Source: an uncultured Pelagibacteraceae bacterium (GTDB lineage: Bacteria; Pseudomonadota; Alphaproteobacteria; Pelagibacterales; Pelagibacteraceae). From it: DNA of 64,000 nucleotides. Location of the stretch: the NCBI GenBank assembly GCA_902531765.1, contig CACAFC010000001.1, positions 170,261 to 234,260 of the forward strand, in the 5' to 3' direction. The notes below the pieces were generated by a model. It was given only the letters and a program-made list of their open reading frames with translations, had not been told where the DNA came from and did no database searches. This document shows positions 8,275 to 18,194 of the stretch, piece after piece (positions within the stretch are counted from its first letter, which is position 1; every line of letters starts with the position of its first letter). The position numbers and the translations under genes are program-made.

Positions 8275-8712
8275 TTATCTTTTAGAAAATTGAAAGCTTC
8301 TTCTAGCTTTTTTACGTCCAGGTTTTTTTCTTTCAACTGATCTGGAGTCTCGGGTGGTCAATTTTTCAGTTTTAAGTGTAGATTTTAGTTTTTCATCGAA
8401 TAAAACTAAAGCTTTAGAAATACCGTGAACCATTGCTCCTGCTTGTCCTGTTGGTCCTCCTCCTCTTACACTGCACTTTACGTCATAATCTGTTGCTTGA
8501 TTTATAAGTTCAAAAGGTCTAACTATTTGCATTTTATGATTATCACTTGAAAAATAATCACTAAAAAGTTTACCATTTACATAAATTTTACCTGAACCTT
8601 TTTTTAACCAAACTTTAGCTATTGAAGTTTTTCTTCTTCCGGTAGCATACTTACTATCTTTGAAGTCCGGCTTTATTTTAAGTTCTTTGGATGGTGTTTG
8701 AGTATTTTCCAT
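8275..8712 (-). CDS. rpsI: 30S ribosomal protein S9
   Basis: ATGRRKTS, GGGPTGQAGA, C-terminal ERKK...ARRSFQFSKR. Confidence 0.98.
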   Translation of the reverse strand: MENTQTPSKELKIKPDFKDSKYATGRRKTSIAKVWLKKGSGKIYVNGKLFSDYFSSDNHKMQIVRPFELINQATDYDVKCSVRGGGPTGQAGAMVHGISKALVLFDEKLKSTLKTEKLTTRDSRSVERKKPGRKKARRSFQFSKR

Positions 8713-8713
8713 T

Positions 8714-9172
8714 TTAATTACGTGCTATATTTTTTGAATTTAATTTGTTTAACTCAATGACTTGAGGATTTTGAGCAGAGTGAGGATGATCATTACCTAC
8801 ATATATTTTCAATTTAGTAAGTTGTTTTTTTCCTAATACTCCACCTGGCAGCATTCTTTTTACTGCTAGTTTTAGAGCTTCGCCTGGTTTTTTTTTAGCA
8901 AGATTTTCAGGTGTAGTTTCTTTTATTCCGCCAGGATGACCTGTGTGTCTGTAATATTTTTTGTTTTGAAATTTATTTCCAGTAAATTTGATTTGTTCTA
9001 TATTTTTTACAACAACAAAATCTCCATCATCCATATGTGGTGTAAAAGTTGTTTTATTTTTTCCTCTGATAATTTTTGATATTACAGTAGCTAATCTGCC
9101 AACTACAGCATTTTTAGCATCTATTTCGTACCAATTAGAGGATAATTCATCTTTTTTAAGGAATTTTGTCAT
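8714..9172 (-). CDS. rplM: 50S ribosomal protein L13
   Basis: WYEIDA..VVGRLA, FTPHMDDGDFVVV, YYRHTGHPGG, AVKRMLP. Confidence 0.98.
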   Translation of the reverse strand: MTKFLKKDELSSNWYEIDAKNAVVGRLATVISKIIRGKNKTTFTPHMDDGDFVVVKNIEQIKFTGNKFQNKKYYRHTGHPGGIKETTPENLAKKKPGEALKLAVKRMLPGGVLGKKQLTKLKIYVGNDHPHSAQNPQVIELNKLNSKNIARN

Positions 9173-9256
9173 TGTGCCAGGATTAATACTATTAATAAGC
9201 TTAAAGTCAAATTGATATTTATATTGTTTTAAGCCTCTTTTTTGTTATATTGATAT

Positions 9257-9298
9257 TGCCGATTTGTTCCTATTGCGGGCTTACAGCTAAAAAGGAAA
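9257..9298 (+). ncRNA. SAM-II-like aptamer (compact or degenerate), 5' of SAM-V
   Basis: GCCGAUUUG-UUCCUAUUGC-GGGC-UUACAGCUAAAAAGGAA mirrors SAM-II hallmarks (GAUUU loop, UAUUGC, AGCUAAAAAGG tail; UUCCU/AGGAA pseudoknot pairing). P1 is only 3 bp and the linker is short. Confidence 0.5.
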
Positions 9299-9316
9299 TC
9301 ATTAAACAAACTCGGT

Positions 9317-9371
9317 AGGCATTTGAACTGTATTGTGCGCCTTGCATAAAGCTAAAGCACTAAAAAAGGAG
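9317..9371 (+). ncRNA. SAM-V riboswitch controlling metY translation
   Basis: AGGCAUUUGAACUGUAUUGUGCGCCUUGCAUAAAGCUAAAGCACUAAAAAAGGAG matches the SAM-V pattern (P1 AGGC/GCCU, GUGC/GCAC, 3' AAAAAAGGAG containing the SD), 4 nt before the metY ATG. Confidence 0.93.
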
Positions 9372-9375
9372 TAAA

Positions 9376-10704
9376 ATGACTAAAAAAAGAAATAATCCTG
9401 AAACTATCGCAATACATGGCGGTGATTACAGAAGTGACCCAGCAACTAACGCTGTTGCTGTGCCAATTTATAGAACAACATCATATCAATTTCAAAGCAC
9501 TGAACATGCAGCCAATTTATTTGCATTGAAAGAATTTGGGAATATTTACACTAGGATTATGAATCCTACTAATGATGTTTTGGAAAAAAGAATTGCAGCA
9601 TTGGAAGGTGGACTATCTTGTGTAACAGTTTCATCTGGACAAACCGCTTCAAGTTTTGCTGTTCTAAATGTTGCTCAATCAGGTGATAATATTGTTAGTT
9701 CTACAGATCTTTATGGTGGAACAGTTTCATTATTCACACATACATTGAGTAAACTAGGAATAGAAATTAGATATGCCGATCCAAGTGATCCTAAAAACTT
9801 TGAAAAGGCAATAGATAGTAAGACCAGAGCTTTTTATGGTGAAACATTACCTAATCCATATTTAAGAGTATTCCCTATCAAAGAAGTTTCTGATATTGGA
9901 AGAAAATACAACATTCCACTAATAATGGATAATACTGCAGCTCCAGTGATATGTAAACCAATAGAACATGGAGCGGCTGTTGTTATACATTCATTAACAA
10001 AATATATTGGAGGACATGGAACTGCTGTTGCTGGGAGCATAGTTGATAGTGGTAACTTTGATTGGACTGCAGATCCTAAAAGACAACCTTTATTTAATGA
10101 GCCTGATGCAAGTTATGGGGGTGTAGTTTGGGGAAAGGCTGTACCAGAATTAACTGGAGCTAATGTACCTTTTGCAGTTAGAGCAAGAGTTTGTTTGCTT
10201 AGAGATTTAGGTTCAGCTTTAGCACCAGATAATGCTTTTGCAATAATCCAAGGTCTTGAAACAGTGGCTCTAAGAATGAGGCAACATTGTGAAAATGCGG
10301 AAAAAGTAGTTAATTTCTTAAAAAAACACAAAGAGGTTACTAAAGTTATATATTCAACTCAACATGAAAAGAAAATTGCTGATAGAGCTAAACAATATCT
10401 TAAAGGTGGAAATGGACCAATGGTTGGTATTGAACTTAAAGGTGGTATTGAAGCTGGAAAAAAATTTATTGAGTCTTTAAAAATGTTCTATCATGTAGCA
10501 AACATTGGTGATGCAAGAAGTTTAGCTATACACCCTGCTAGTACTACTCATAGTCAATTAAACGAAAAAGAGTTAGCAGCATCAGGTGTGACCCAGAGTT
10601 ATGTAAGACTTTGTATAGGTATTGAGCACATTGACGATATTGTTGATGATTTAGACCAAGCCTTGAACAAGTCATCGAAAGGAAGTTTAAAAGCTGTTAG
10701 TTAA
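9376..10704 (+). CDS. metY: O-acetylhomoserine aminocarboxypropyltransferase
   Basis: GNIYTRIMNPT, PLP lysine motif HSLTKYIGGHG, ANIGDARSLAIHPASTTHSQL. Confidence 0.95.
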   Translation: MTKKRNNPETIAIHGGDYRSDPATNAVAVPIYRTTSYQFQSTEHAANLFALKEFGNIYTRIMNPTNDVLEKRIAALEGGLSCVTVSSGQTASSFAVLNVAQSGDNIVSSTDLYGGTVSLFTHTLSKLGIEIRYADPSDPKNFEKAIDSKTRAFYGETLPNPYLRVFPIKEVSDIGRKYNIPLIMDNTAAPVICKPIEHGAAVVIHSLTKYIGGHGTAVAGSIVDSGNFDWTADPKRQPLFNEPDASYGGVVWGKAVPELTGANVPFAVRARVCLLRDLGSALAPDNAFAIIQGLETVALRMRQHCENAEKVVNFLKKHKEVTKVIYSTQHEKKIADRAKQYLKGGNGPMVGIELKGGIEAGKKFIESLKMFYHVANIGDARSLAIHPASTTHSQLNEKELAASGVTQSYVRLCIGIEHIDDIVDDLDQALNKSSKGSLKAVS

Positions 10705-11713
10705 ATTTTGTATTTAAATAAAAAAAATAAATACTTGAGCTAACTAAAAAAATTGAACTTATTTGGTGCAGAGATGCAACATAAATCTGTGCACCAAATA
10801 AGACTGTGAAAATACCTAATATAATCTGAAGAATTATAAATATACCCAAATAATTGATAGATTTATATAAATCATACATCCTGTTTCTATAAATCTTATA
10901 GAAAATAAAAATATAAAAAATTCCTATCAAGTAAGCTAAGTTACGATGAATAAATTGTGCTAATGAGGGATCACTTAGAGCCGTAACTTTAAATAGATCA
11001 TTAAAATTATTATCATTAGGAAAATATGAACTCCCCATAAGAGGCCATGAATTGTAGATTTTTCCTGCATCCATACCAGAAACAAAGGCACCAATTGAAA
11101 TTTGTAAAAAAATTAGGATTAAGAATAATAAAGGAATAAATGTATTTAGTTTGTTTGTTGTGTTTCTTGATACGTTAATTTTTAGATAATTCCAATATAT
11201 TAAAGATAAAATTAGAAAAGCGATTAGTAGATGTAAAGATAACCTAAAGTGACTTACATCTACTCTATTAACTAATCCACTACTAACCATATACCAGCCA
11301 ATGAAACCTTGGAAACATATAAGAAAAAAAATAAAATATAGATTTAATAATTTAGTAATATTAATCTTAAAAGAAAAATAAATTAATGGTATTAAGTATC
11401 CAAGACCAATCAGTCTTCCAAGAAATCTGTGAGCCCATTCCCACCAAAAAATAACTTTAAACTCACTTAAAGTCATATTGTAGTTTTGTAACTTAAATTC
11501 AGGGATTTGTTTATAAAGATTAAAATAAACAGACCAATCATTTTGATTAAGAGGTGGAAAAAAACCAGAAAATAATTCCCACTCAGTTATTGAAAGGCCT
11601 GAGTCGGTAAGTCTTGTTAAACCACCGACTATTATCATAAAAGACAAAATCCAAAACATAAAGATTAACCAAATTGATAGCTGATTATTTATTTTTGCAT
11701 TTGTTGTGTACAT
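10697..11713 (-). CDS. ctaA: Heme A synthase (COX15/CtaA)
   Basis: VGGLTRLTDSGLSITEW, WEWAHRFLGR, VSHFRLSLHL, QFIHR. Confidence 0.93.
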   Translation of the reverse strand: MYTTNAKINNQLSIWLIFMFWILSFMIIVGGLTRLTDSGLSITEWELFSGFFPPLNQNDWSVYFNLYKQIPEFKLQNYNMTLSEFKVIFWWEWAHRFLGRLIGLGYLIPLIYFSFKINITKLLNLYFIFFLICFQGFIGWYMVSSGLVNRVDVSHFRLSLHLLIAFLILSLIYWNYLKINVSRNTTNKLNTFIPLLFLILIFLQISIGAFVSGMDAGKIYNSWPLMGSSYFPNDNNFNDLFKVTALSDPSLAQFIHRNLAYLIGIFYIFIFYKIYRNRMYDLYKSINYLGIFIILQIILGIFTVLFGAQIYVASLHQISSIFLVSSSIYFFYLNTKFN

Positions 11714-11756
11714 GTAGGGATAAATATAATAATTTTCATATTATCCAAATATATAA

Positions 11757-12047
11757 ATGTCGCCTTTAAAAAGAAAAAAACTTAACAAGATAAGATTAAA
11801 GTTAGATAAATTAGATAATTCATTGATTAAACTAATTAAACAAAGAACTAATCTTGTAAATCAAGTTTTAAAACTTAAGGACAAAAAAAAAGAGATTATT
11901 GACAATAAAAGAATTAAAATGATTTTGAAAAATATAAGAAAAAAATCTTTAGCAAATAAAATAGACCCTAAAATTACCAATCGTATATGGAAAAATATGA
12001 TTTGGTCTTATATTGATTACGAAAAAAGAAATTTTAAAAGAAAATAA
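11757..12047 (+). CDS. Monofunctional chorismate mutase (AroQ type)
   Basis: LNKIRLKLDKLD..LIKLI..R...V..V...K...IID..R pattern. Confidence 0.8.
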   Translation: MSPLKRKKLNKIRLKLDKLDNSLIKLIKQRTNLVNQVLKLKDKKKEIIDNKRIKMILKNIRKKSLANKIDPKITNRIWKNMIWSYIDYEKRNFKRK

Positions 12048-12239
12048 TTACTTACTGTGCGGGGGAAGTTTTTTTTCGACAAAAACTTCATGTTTTCTAG
12101 TACTCGGGTTATATTTACGCGCTGATAGTTTAACTTTAGCTTTTTCACCACCAGCTGGTTTTTTTACATAATAAAAAAATGGACTGTCTGGCTTGCTTTC
12201 AGGAACCAATCTAACTTTTACGTGTGTTTTTTTTGCCAT
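12048..12239 (-). CDS. rpmG: 50S ribosomal protein L33 (Cys-free form)
   Basis: KYNPSTRKHEVFVEKK motif. Confidence 0.92.
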   Translation of the reverse strand: MAKKTHVKVRLVPESKPDSPFFYYVKKPAGGEKAKVKLSARKYNPSTRKHEVFVEKKLPPHSK

Positions 12240-12622
12240 TATTTATAATTTTTTAAATTTTTAACAATTTTAGAAATTTTTAAAACTTTATTTTTAAAAT
12301 TATTCGTTCTTATAGAATTATTTGAAATTTCGTCAAGTTTTAAAGTATCGTTATTATTTGGATTATCTAAGATTTTCTTTACTCCGTTAATAGTCATGCC
12401 TTGGTCTTTAAGAAGAAATTTTATTTTTTTTAAAATATCGATAGTTTTTTGATCATAATATCTTCTATTAGAATTTAGTAATTTTGGTTTAACTTGTTTA
12501 AATTGTTTTTCCCAAAATCGAATAGTGTGAGTTGAGAAAACTCCTTTTTTTTTTGAATTTAATCTTAAAATTTCAGCTACTTCCCCAATTGTTTTATAAG
12601 CACTCTCAGATTTATCAGTCAT
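12239..12622 (-). CDS. MerR-family HTH transcriptional regulator
   Basis: AYKTIGEVAEIL, HTIRFWE, NRRYY, GMTINGVKKIL. Downstream of ihfA, as usual in Alphaproteobacteria. Confidence 0.88.
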   Translation of the reverse strand: MTDKSESAYKTIGEVAEILRLNSKKKGVFSTHTIRFWEKQFKQVKPKLLNSNRRYYDQKTIDILKKIKFLLKDQGMTINGVKKILDNPNNNDTLKLDEISNNSIRTNNFKNKVLKISKIVKNLKNYK

Positions 12623-12908
12623 TTTTATTTATAAATTCCTTAAAATCTTTTGAAGGTTTAAATAAAACCACATCTCTACTCGAAATAACTTTAGGTTCTT
12701 GAGTTTTGGGATTTCTGCCAACTCTAGATTTTTTTCTTCTTATTGAGAAAGTTCCGAATCCAGACAGTTTAAGTTTTTTTTCTTCTTTTAAATTAAGAAC
12801 AATTGTTGAAAGAAAATCATTAATAAGATTTTCAGATACTAGTTTTGAAAAACCTAACTGCATATAAATTTGATTTATTAAGTCTTTTTTAGTTAAATTT
12901 ATTCTCAT
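12615..12908 (-). CDS. ihfA: Integration host factor alpha subunit
   Basis: KLSGFGTF, RVGRNPKT, RDVVLFKPS; lies downstream of plsX. Confidence 0.9.
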   Translation of the reverse strand: MRINLTKKDLINQIYMQLGFSKLVSENLINDFLSTIVLNLKEEKKLKLSGFGTFSIRRKKSRVGRNPKTQEPKVISSRDVVLFKPSKDFKEFINKND

Positions 12909-12911
12909 TCT

Positions 12912-13913
12912 TTAAATGTTATACTTTATTTTTTCTATCAAATGACCTTTAACGATCTTATTACAAACATCTAAAGAATTTGAAAACCCAATAAAATCAG
13001 TGCCACCATGACTTTTTACAACTGGGGAGTCTAAACCTAAAAAAATTGCACCATTATATAGTCTAGGATCTAGTCGGTTTTTAAATTTTTTCAAATTATA
13101 AAAATTTAATATTGAAGAAATTTTTCCTATAAATGAACCAGTCATTGCTTTTTTTAATTCTTTAACAATAAAATTTGCAGTTCCTTCTGCTGTTTTTAAA
13201 GCTATGTTCCCAGTAAATCCATCTGAAATAATTACATTCATTTCACCATCCATAATTTGATTACCTTCAATATATCCTGCAAAATCATAATTTTCTGATT
13301 TTTTATTACTCAATATCTTAAAAGTTTCTTTAATAGTTTCATTTCCTTTAAGTTCTTCAGAACCTATATTTAATAAACCTATATTTGGTTTTTTGTCTGG
13401 ATATAAAGATGTGTAAAGAGATGCTCCCATAATTGAAAAATCGAATAAATTTTTTGAGTTACACTCTATATTAGCACCCAAATCTAATACCACACTCATT
13501 CCATTTTTATTGGGCCATAATGCCGATAATGCAGGCTTGTCAATATCTTGTATCATCTTGAGATTTAATTTTGCAATTACTAACAAAGCTCCGGTATTAC
13601 CTGCAGAAATAATTATATCTGCTTCTTTTTTTTTTACACTCTCTACTGCCAACCACATACTTGTATCTTTACCTTTTTTTGCAGCCTCTAAAGGACTATC
13701 TGTGCTCAAAACAAAATTTTCTGTATGAATTATCTCATAATATTGACCCTCGATTTCATTTTTCACTAATGAAATTATCTTATTTTTATCACCAAAAATT
13801 TTAAAAAAGTTTCCTTTATTCTTTTTGTGATTATGAATTATGCCATCGATAACTTTTTTCGGAGAATTGTCTCCACCCATTGCATCAACTGCAATTTTAA
13901 TCAAATCAGCCAT
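12912..13913 (-). CDS. plsX: Phosphate acyltransferase PlsX
   Basis: IAVDAMGGD, SAGNTGA, LDLGAN, GLLNIGSEE.KG, VVKSHG. Confidence 0.97.
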   Translation of the reverse strand: MADLIKIAVDAMGGDNSPKKVIDGIIHNHKKNKGNFFKIFGDKNKIISLVKNEIEGQYYEIIHTENFVLSTDSPLEAAKKGKDTSMWLAVESVKKKEADIIISAGNTGALLVIAKLNLKMIQDIDKPALSALWPNKNGMSVVLDLGANIECNSKNLFDFSIMGASLYTSLYPDKKPNIGLLNIGSEELKGNETIKETFKILSNKKSENYDFAGYIEGNQIMDGEMNVIISDGFTGNIALKTAEGTANFIVKELKKAMTGSFIGKISSILNFYNLKKFKNRLDPRLYNGAIFLGLDSPVVKSHGGTDFIGFSNSLDVCNKIVKGHLIEKIKYNI

Positions 13914-13931
13914 TGTTTAATATTAGATTAT

Positions 13932-14114
13932 TTAATCTTTAGGGTCTATAACTTGACGGCCTCTATACATACCGGTTTTTAAATCTAAATGGTGAGATAA
14001 TCTGTATTCACCTGATTTTTTATCTTCAACGACATTTTTGACGGAAAATTTCATGTTCTTAGCCCTTCTCATTCCGGTCCTTGAAGGAGTTTGTTTACGT
14101 TTTGGAACTGCCAT
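13932..14114 (-). CDS. rpmF: 50S ribosomal protein L32 (Cys-free form)
   Basis: [17 protein letters not shown]...GMYRGRQV. Confidence 0.95.
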   Translation of the reverse strand: MAVPKRKQTPSRTGMRRAKNMKFSVKNVVEDKKSGEYRLSHHLDLKTGMYRGRQVIDPKD

Positions 14115-14116
14115 AA

Positions 14117-14578
14117 TTATGGGTTAATTACACTTTTTAAATAAGAATTCAAAGTATTTTTTGACAAATTTAAATAGTAATCATTGAAATAATCAACTAA
14201 TTCCTCAATATTCTTAAAATTTTCTAAAAATTTAGATATAATTTCTCTCTTTTTTATATCCTCTAAATTATCCCAAAAATGAATATCAGAAACAATGGCA
14301 TGAAAAACATTGATATAATCTTTCATTTTTTTATTAATAGATTGATCACCATATCCAATTTCTCTTATACTTAGTTCTAATTGTCTGAAATTAAAATCAT
14401 AGATTTCTTGTAATTTTTTTTCATTTTCTTGAGATTTGAAAACTTTTAAAAAAAAGGCAAAATGGAATAAAAAAACAAGTAACCTGTCATTAAAACTATC
14501 CTGTTTATTAAGACTTTTATATAGTTTTTTATTAGTAGTTAATTTAATTAATTTGTTATAAAAATATATGTAATTCAT
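14117..14578 (-). CDS. Ubiquinol-cytochrome c chaperone (Cbp3/UQCC1 family)
   Basis: [20 protein letters not shown] motif; usual position between rpmF and bamE. Confidence 0.85.
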   Translation of the reverse strand: MNYIYFYNKLIKLTTNKKLYKSLNKQDSFNDRLLVFLFHFAFFLKVFKSQENEKKLQEIYDFNFRQLELSIREIGYGDQSINKKMKDYINVFHAIVSDIHFWDNLEDIKKREIISKFLENFKNIEELVDYFNDYYLNLSKNTLNSYLKSVINP

Positions 14579-14581
14579 TTC

Positions 14582-15049
14582 ATGAAAATTATTTTAATTA
14601 TTTTAGCAATATTCTTAAGTAGTTGTAAATTAAATAAAGTTGTTAATCATCATGGTATTCATAATTTAGAGGCTAAAAGTAAAGAATTATTTATAAATGA
14701 GACTAATATTAATCAAATAAAAAATTTGTTAGGACCACCATCATCTACAAGTTATTTTGATAAAGATATTTTAATATATCTAGAAAGAAAAACATCTAAT
14801 TCAAAATTATTAAAACTTGGGAAAAAAAAATTAATCGCAAATAATGTTTTGTTGTTGGAGGTGGATAATAAAGGAATGTTAATTAATAAAAAATTTTTAA
14901 ATCAAGATGACCTTAATAAACTTGTTTTTACAAAAAAAACAACCAAAACAACTGTTGACCAAGAGTCTTTTGTATCTAGAGCATTGTCTGGTGTTATTAC
15001 TAAAATCGATGATCCACTTGGTAAAAAAAGAGGAACATTAGGTAGATAA
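14582..15049 (+). CDS. bamE: Outer membrane protein assembly factor BamE (SmpA/OmlA) lipoprotein
   Basis: Lipobox LSSC, HHG, and LLGPPSSTSYFD..LIYL. Confidence 0.8.
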   Translation: MKIILIILAIFLSSCKLNKVVNHHGIHNLEAKSKELFINETNINQIKNLLGPPSSTSYFDKDILIYLERKTSNSKLLKLGKKKLIANNVLLLEVDNKGMLINKKFLNQDDLNKLVFTKKTTKTTVDQESFVSRALSGVITKIDDPLGKKRGTLGR

Positions 15050-15050
15050 C

Positions 15051-17156
15051 TTAACCAGCGATTACAGCTAACAACAAAAGAGCAACAATATTAGTGATTT
15101 TAATCATCGGATTTACAGCTGGTCCAGCAGTATCTTTATATGGATCTCCAACTGTATCACCAGTTACAGCAGCTTTATGAGCCTCTGAGCCTTTACCTCC
15201 ATGATTACCATCTTCAATATATTTTTTTGCATTGTCCCAGGCACCACCACCTGCAGTCATTGAAACTGCAACAAAAAGTCCAGTTATAATAACCCCAAGT
15301 AACATTGCACCAACTGCAGCTAGAGCTGCAACTTGTCCGCCAATTGAAAAAATTATAAAATATAATACCACTGGTGAAAGAACGGGTAATAGTGATGGTA
15401 TAATCATTTCTTTTATTGCGGCTACTGTTAATAAATCTACTAATTTAGCATAATCAGGTTTTTGTTTTCTTTTCATTATACCTGGGTATTTTTTAAATTG
15501 TCTCCTAACTTCAACAACTACAGCACCACCTGCTCTACCTACAGCTTGCATTCCCATCGATCCAAATAAATACGGTAACATACCTCCTATTAACAACCCA
15601 ACAACAACATAAGGGTTTGATAAATCAAATGTTACCACTATACCTTCTAATGCAGATCCTGCTTCTTTTGAGAAGTGTTTTATATCCTCTGTATAAGCAG
15701 CAAATAAGACTAGAGCACCTAAACCTGCAGAACCAATAGCATAACCTTTAGTTACAGCTTTTGTAGTATTTCCAACGGCATCCAATGCGTCAGTAGTTTT
15801 TCTCACTTTTTTATCAAGATTAGACATTTCAGCAATACCACCTGCATTATCTGTTACGGGTCCATAGGCATCTAGTGCTACAACCATTCCAGCTAATGCC
15901 AACATTGTTGTGACAGCAATAGCAATTCCAAAAAGCCCAGCAATCGAATTGGTAATTAAAATACCAGCAACAATAATTATTGCGGGAACTGCTGTCGCTT
16001 CCATAGATATGGCTAATCCTTGAATTACATTAGTTCCATGACCTGTTGTGGATGATAAAGCAACTGATTTAACTGGTCTATAACCGGTTCCAGTATAATA
16101 TTCAGTGATCCATATTAATAAACCTGTAATTACAAGACCGATAACTCCACAATAATATAAATCTTTACCATTAAAGGTTTTGTCATTTGCAGTATATTCA
16201 TTCGAAAAACCAATTACATGGTCAGTAACTGGCCAAAGAATTAACAGTGAAGCTACCGCAGATACTATAAAACCTTTATATAATGCATTCATTACGTTGT
16301 TATTTTTTCCAAGTTTTACAAAGAAAGTTCCAATAATTGATGTAATTAAACATGCGGCACCAATTGTTAAAGGATAAACCATCATATTTAGATCACCAAT
16401 GAAAAAAATGGATGAAAGAACCATTGTTGCAACAATAGTAACTGCATAAGTTTCAAATAAATCCGCAGCCATACCAGCACAATCTCCAACATTATCTCCA
16501 ACATTATCTGCAATAACAGCAGGGTTTCTTGGATCATCCTCCGGTATTCCAGCTTCTACTTTACCAACTAGATCAGCACCAACATCAGCACCTTTGGTAA
16601 AAATTCCACCACCTAATCTTGCAAAAATTGAAATTAATGATGCACCAAATCCCAATGCAACAAGCGCATTAACTATTTCTCTCTCATCAACTTCAAATTT
16701 AAGTAATAAAAAATAATAAACTGCAATTGCTAATAGGGCTAAACCTGCAACTAACATACCTGTAACAGCACCAGATTTAAAAGCAACAGAAAGTCCCTCT
16801 GCTAAACCTTTTCTTGATGCTTCTGCAGTTCTGACATTTGCTTCTACAGAAACTAGCATACCAACATAGCCAGCAATTCCAGATAAAGCAGCACCAATTA
16901 AATAACCTAGACCAACAAGTGGACTAAAAGCAATACTAACAATAACCAAAACTACAACTCCAACAATAGCTATAGTTTTATATTGTCTTGCAAGGTATGC
17001 TTTTGCTCCAATTTGAATAGCTGAAGCAATGTCTTGCATTTTCGAATTTCCTGTACTTGAATTAAGAATATTTTTTCCAGTTAAAAATCCATAAACGATT
17101 GATAATAAACCTGCTACGATTGTGTATAAAAGAATAGTTTCTGCTGTTGCATTCAT
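15051..17156 (-). CDS. hppA: Membrane-bound proton-translocating pyrophosphatase, K+-independent type
   Basis: [35 protein letters not shown] (Lys at the K+-dependence position), [10 protein letters not shown]. Confidence 0.95.
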   Translation of the reverse strand: MNATAETILLYTIVAGLLSIVYGFLTGKNILNSSTGNSKMQDIASAIQIGAKAYLARQYKTIAIVGVVVLVIVSIAFSPLVGLGYLIGAALSGIAGYVGMLVSVEANVRTAEASRKGLAEGLSVAFKSGAVTGMLVAGLALLAIAVYYFLLLKFEVDEREIVNALVALGFGASLISIFARLGGGIFTKGADVGADLVGKVEAGIPEDDPRNPAVIADNVGDNVGDCAGMAADLFETYAVTIVATMVLSSIFFIGDLNMMVYPLTIGAACLITSIIGTFFVKLGKNNNVMNALYKGFIVSAVASLLILWPVTDHVIGFSNEYTANDKTFNGKDLYYCGVIGLVITGLLIWITEYYTGTGYRPVKSVALSSTTGHGTNVIQGLAISMEATAVPAIIIVAGILITNSIAGLFGIAIAVTTMLALAGMVVALDAYGPVTDNAGGIAEMSNLDKKVRKTTDALDAVGNTTKAVTKGYAIGSAGLGALVLFAAYTEDIKHFSKEAGSALEGIVVTFDLSNPYVVVGLLIGGMLPYLFGSMGMQAVGRAGGAVVVEVRRQFKKYPGIMKRKQKPDYAKLVDLLTVAAIKEMIIPSLLPVLSPVVLYFIIFSIGGQVAALAAVGAMLLGVIITGLFVAVSMTAGGGAWDNAKKYIEDGNHGGKGSEAHKAAVTGDTVGDPYKDTAGPAVNPMIKITNIVALLLLAVIAG

Positions 17157-17234
17157 ATAAACCTTAAGTTGTTGGTTGTTAATTTTTTAAGCCCGGACAA
17201 TACAAAAAAAGATGAAAAAGACAATCATTAACTT

Positions 17235-18194
17235 TCAAAATTGATGAATATAACCTTTATTTTTAGCCTCAATTTGCTTGTCTTTTAAATTAATAATCTT
17301 AGACCTATTTTTACCAGATATAATATTACCAATTTTAGTAATTTTAATACCTGTAATTTTTGATATTTTTTTAATAATTCTCGATTTAAAACGACTAGCT
17401 GTAAAAAGTATCTGATAATCATCACCTCTAGTTGTAATATTTATCTTTTTAAATTTTTTAATTTTAATTAATTGACTGAGAGTTTTTGATACCGGTATTT
17501 TTTCCTCGAAAATATGAAATGAAAATTTTTGTCTATTAATCAATTTTTTTAAATCATCAATTAGCCCATCTGAAATATCAATTGAAGTGTTTGCTAATTT
17601 TAAAAGATAATTGATTAATTTTGTTTGAAGATCAGGTTCATAATATTTTTTAATAAAAAATTTAGACATCTTATTATTAACTTTGATTTTACCTTTAAGT
17701 ATTTGTAGACCAATAAAACTATCACCTAAATTTCCAGTTACATAAATATCATCATTTAATTTAGATTTATTTCTGTAAACTATATTATGTGAGTAGCCTA
17801 ATGATGTGATAGTGAAACTTAACTTATTTGAAAAAGTTGTATCTCCTCCACATAAACTTATACTATATTTTTTTTGTTCATTTTTAAGAGATTTTGATAT
17901 TTTTAATAAATTTTTTTTTGTAAAGTTGCTCTTGTTACCAGACGCTGAAATAAAATAAAATTGTGGTTTAACACCCTTACAAATCAAATCTGATATTGAT
18001 GATCTCAAAATTTTTTTGATTACAAGATCAGGAGATTTAAAATCTATAAAATGAGTACCTATATTATAAGTATCAATTGAAATAACTAATTTTTTCTTTT
18101 TATCAAAAAAAACATCATCATTTAAATCAAGAGCAGATACATTATGTTTGGTTAATTTAGAAAAAAAATTATTTATCAATTCAAATTCATGCAT
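17235..18194 (-). CDS. thiL: Thiamine-monophosphate kinase
   Basis: EFELI, LNDDV, SISDL, GGDT, YVTGNLGDS, DISDGL, GDDYQILFT. Confidence 0.93.
   Translation of the reverse strand: MHEFELINNFFSKLTKHNVSALDLNDDVFFDKKKKLVISIDTYNIGTHFIDFKSPDLVIKKILRSSISDLICKGVKPQFYFISASGNKSNFTKKNLLKISKSLKNEQKKYSISLCGGDTTFSNKLSFTITSLGYSHNIVYRNKSKLNDDIYVTGNLGDSFIGLQILKGKIKVNNKMSKFFIKKYYEPDLQTKLINYLLKLANTSIDISDGLIDDLKKLINRQKFSFHIFEEKIPVSKTLSQLIKIKKFKKINITTRGDDYQILFTASRFKSRIIKKISKITGIKITKIGNIISGKNRSKIINLKDKQIEAKNKGYIHQF

Noticed and set aside
11718-11746. GGATAAATAT...ATATTATCC imperfect inverted repeat between ctaA and chorismate mutase
   Set aside because: Needs a gap to align and is almost all A/T; not distinguishable from chance.
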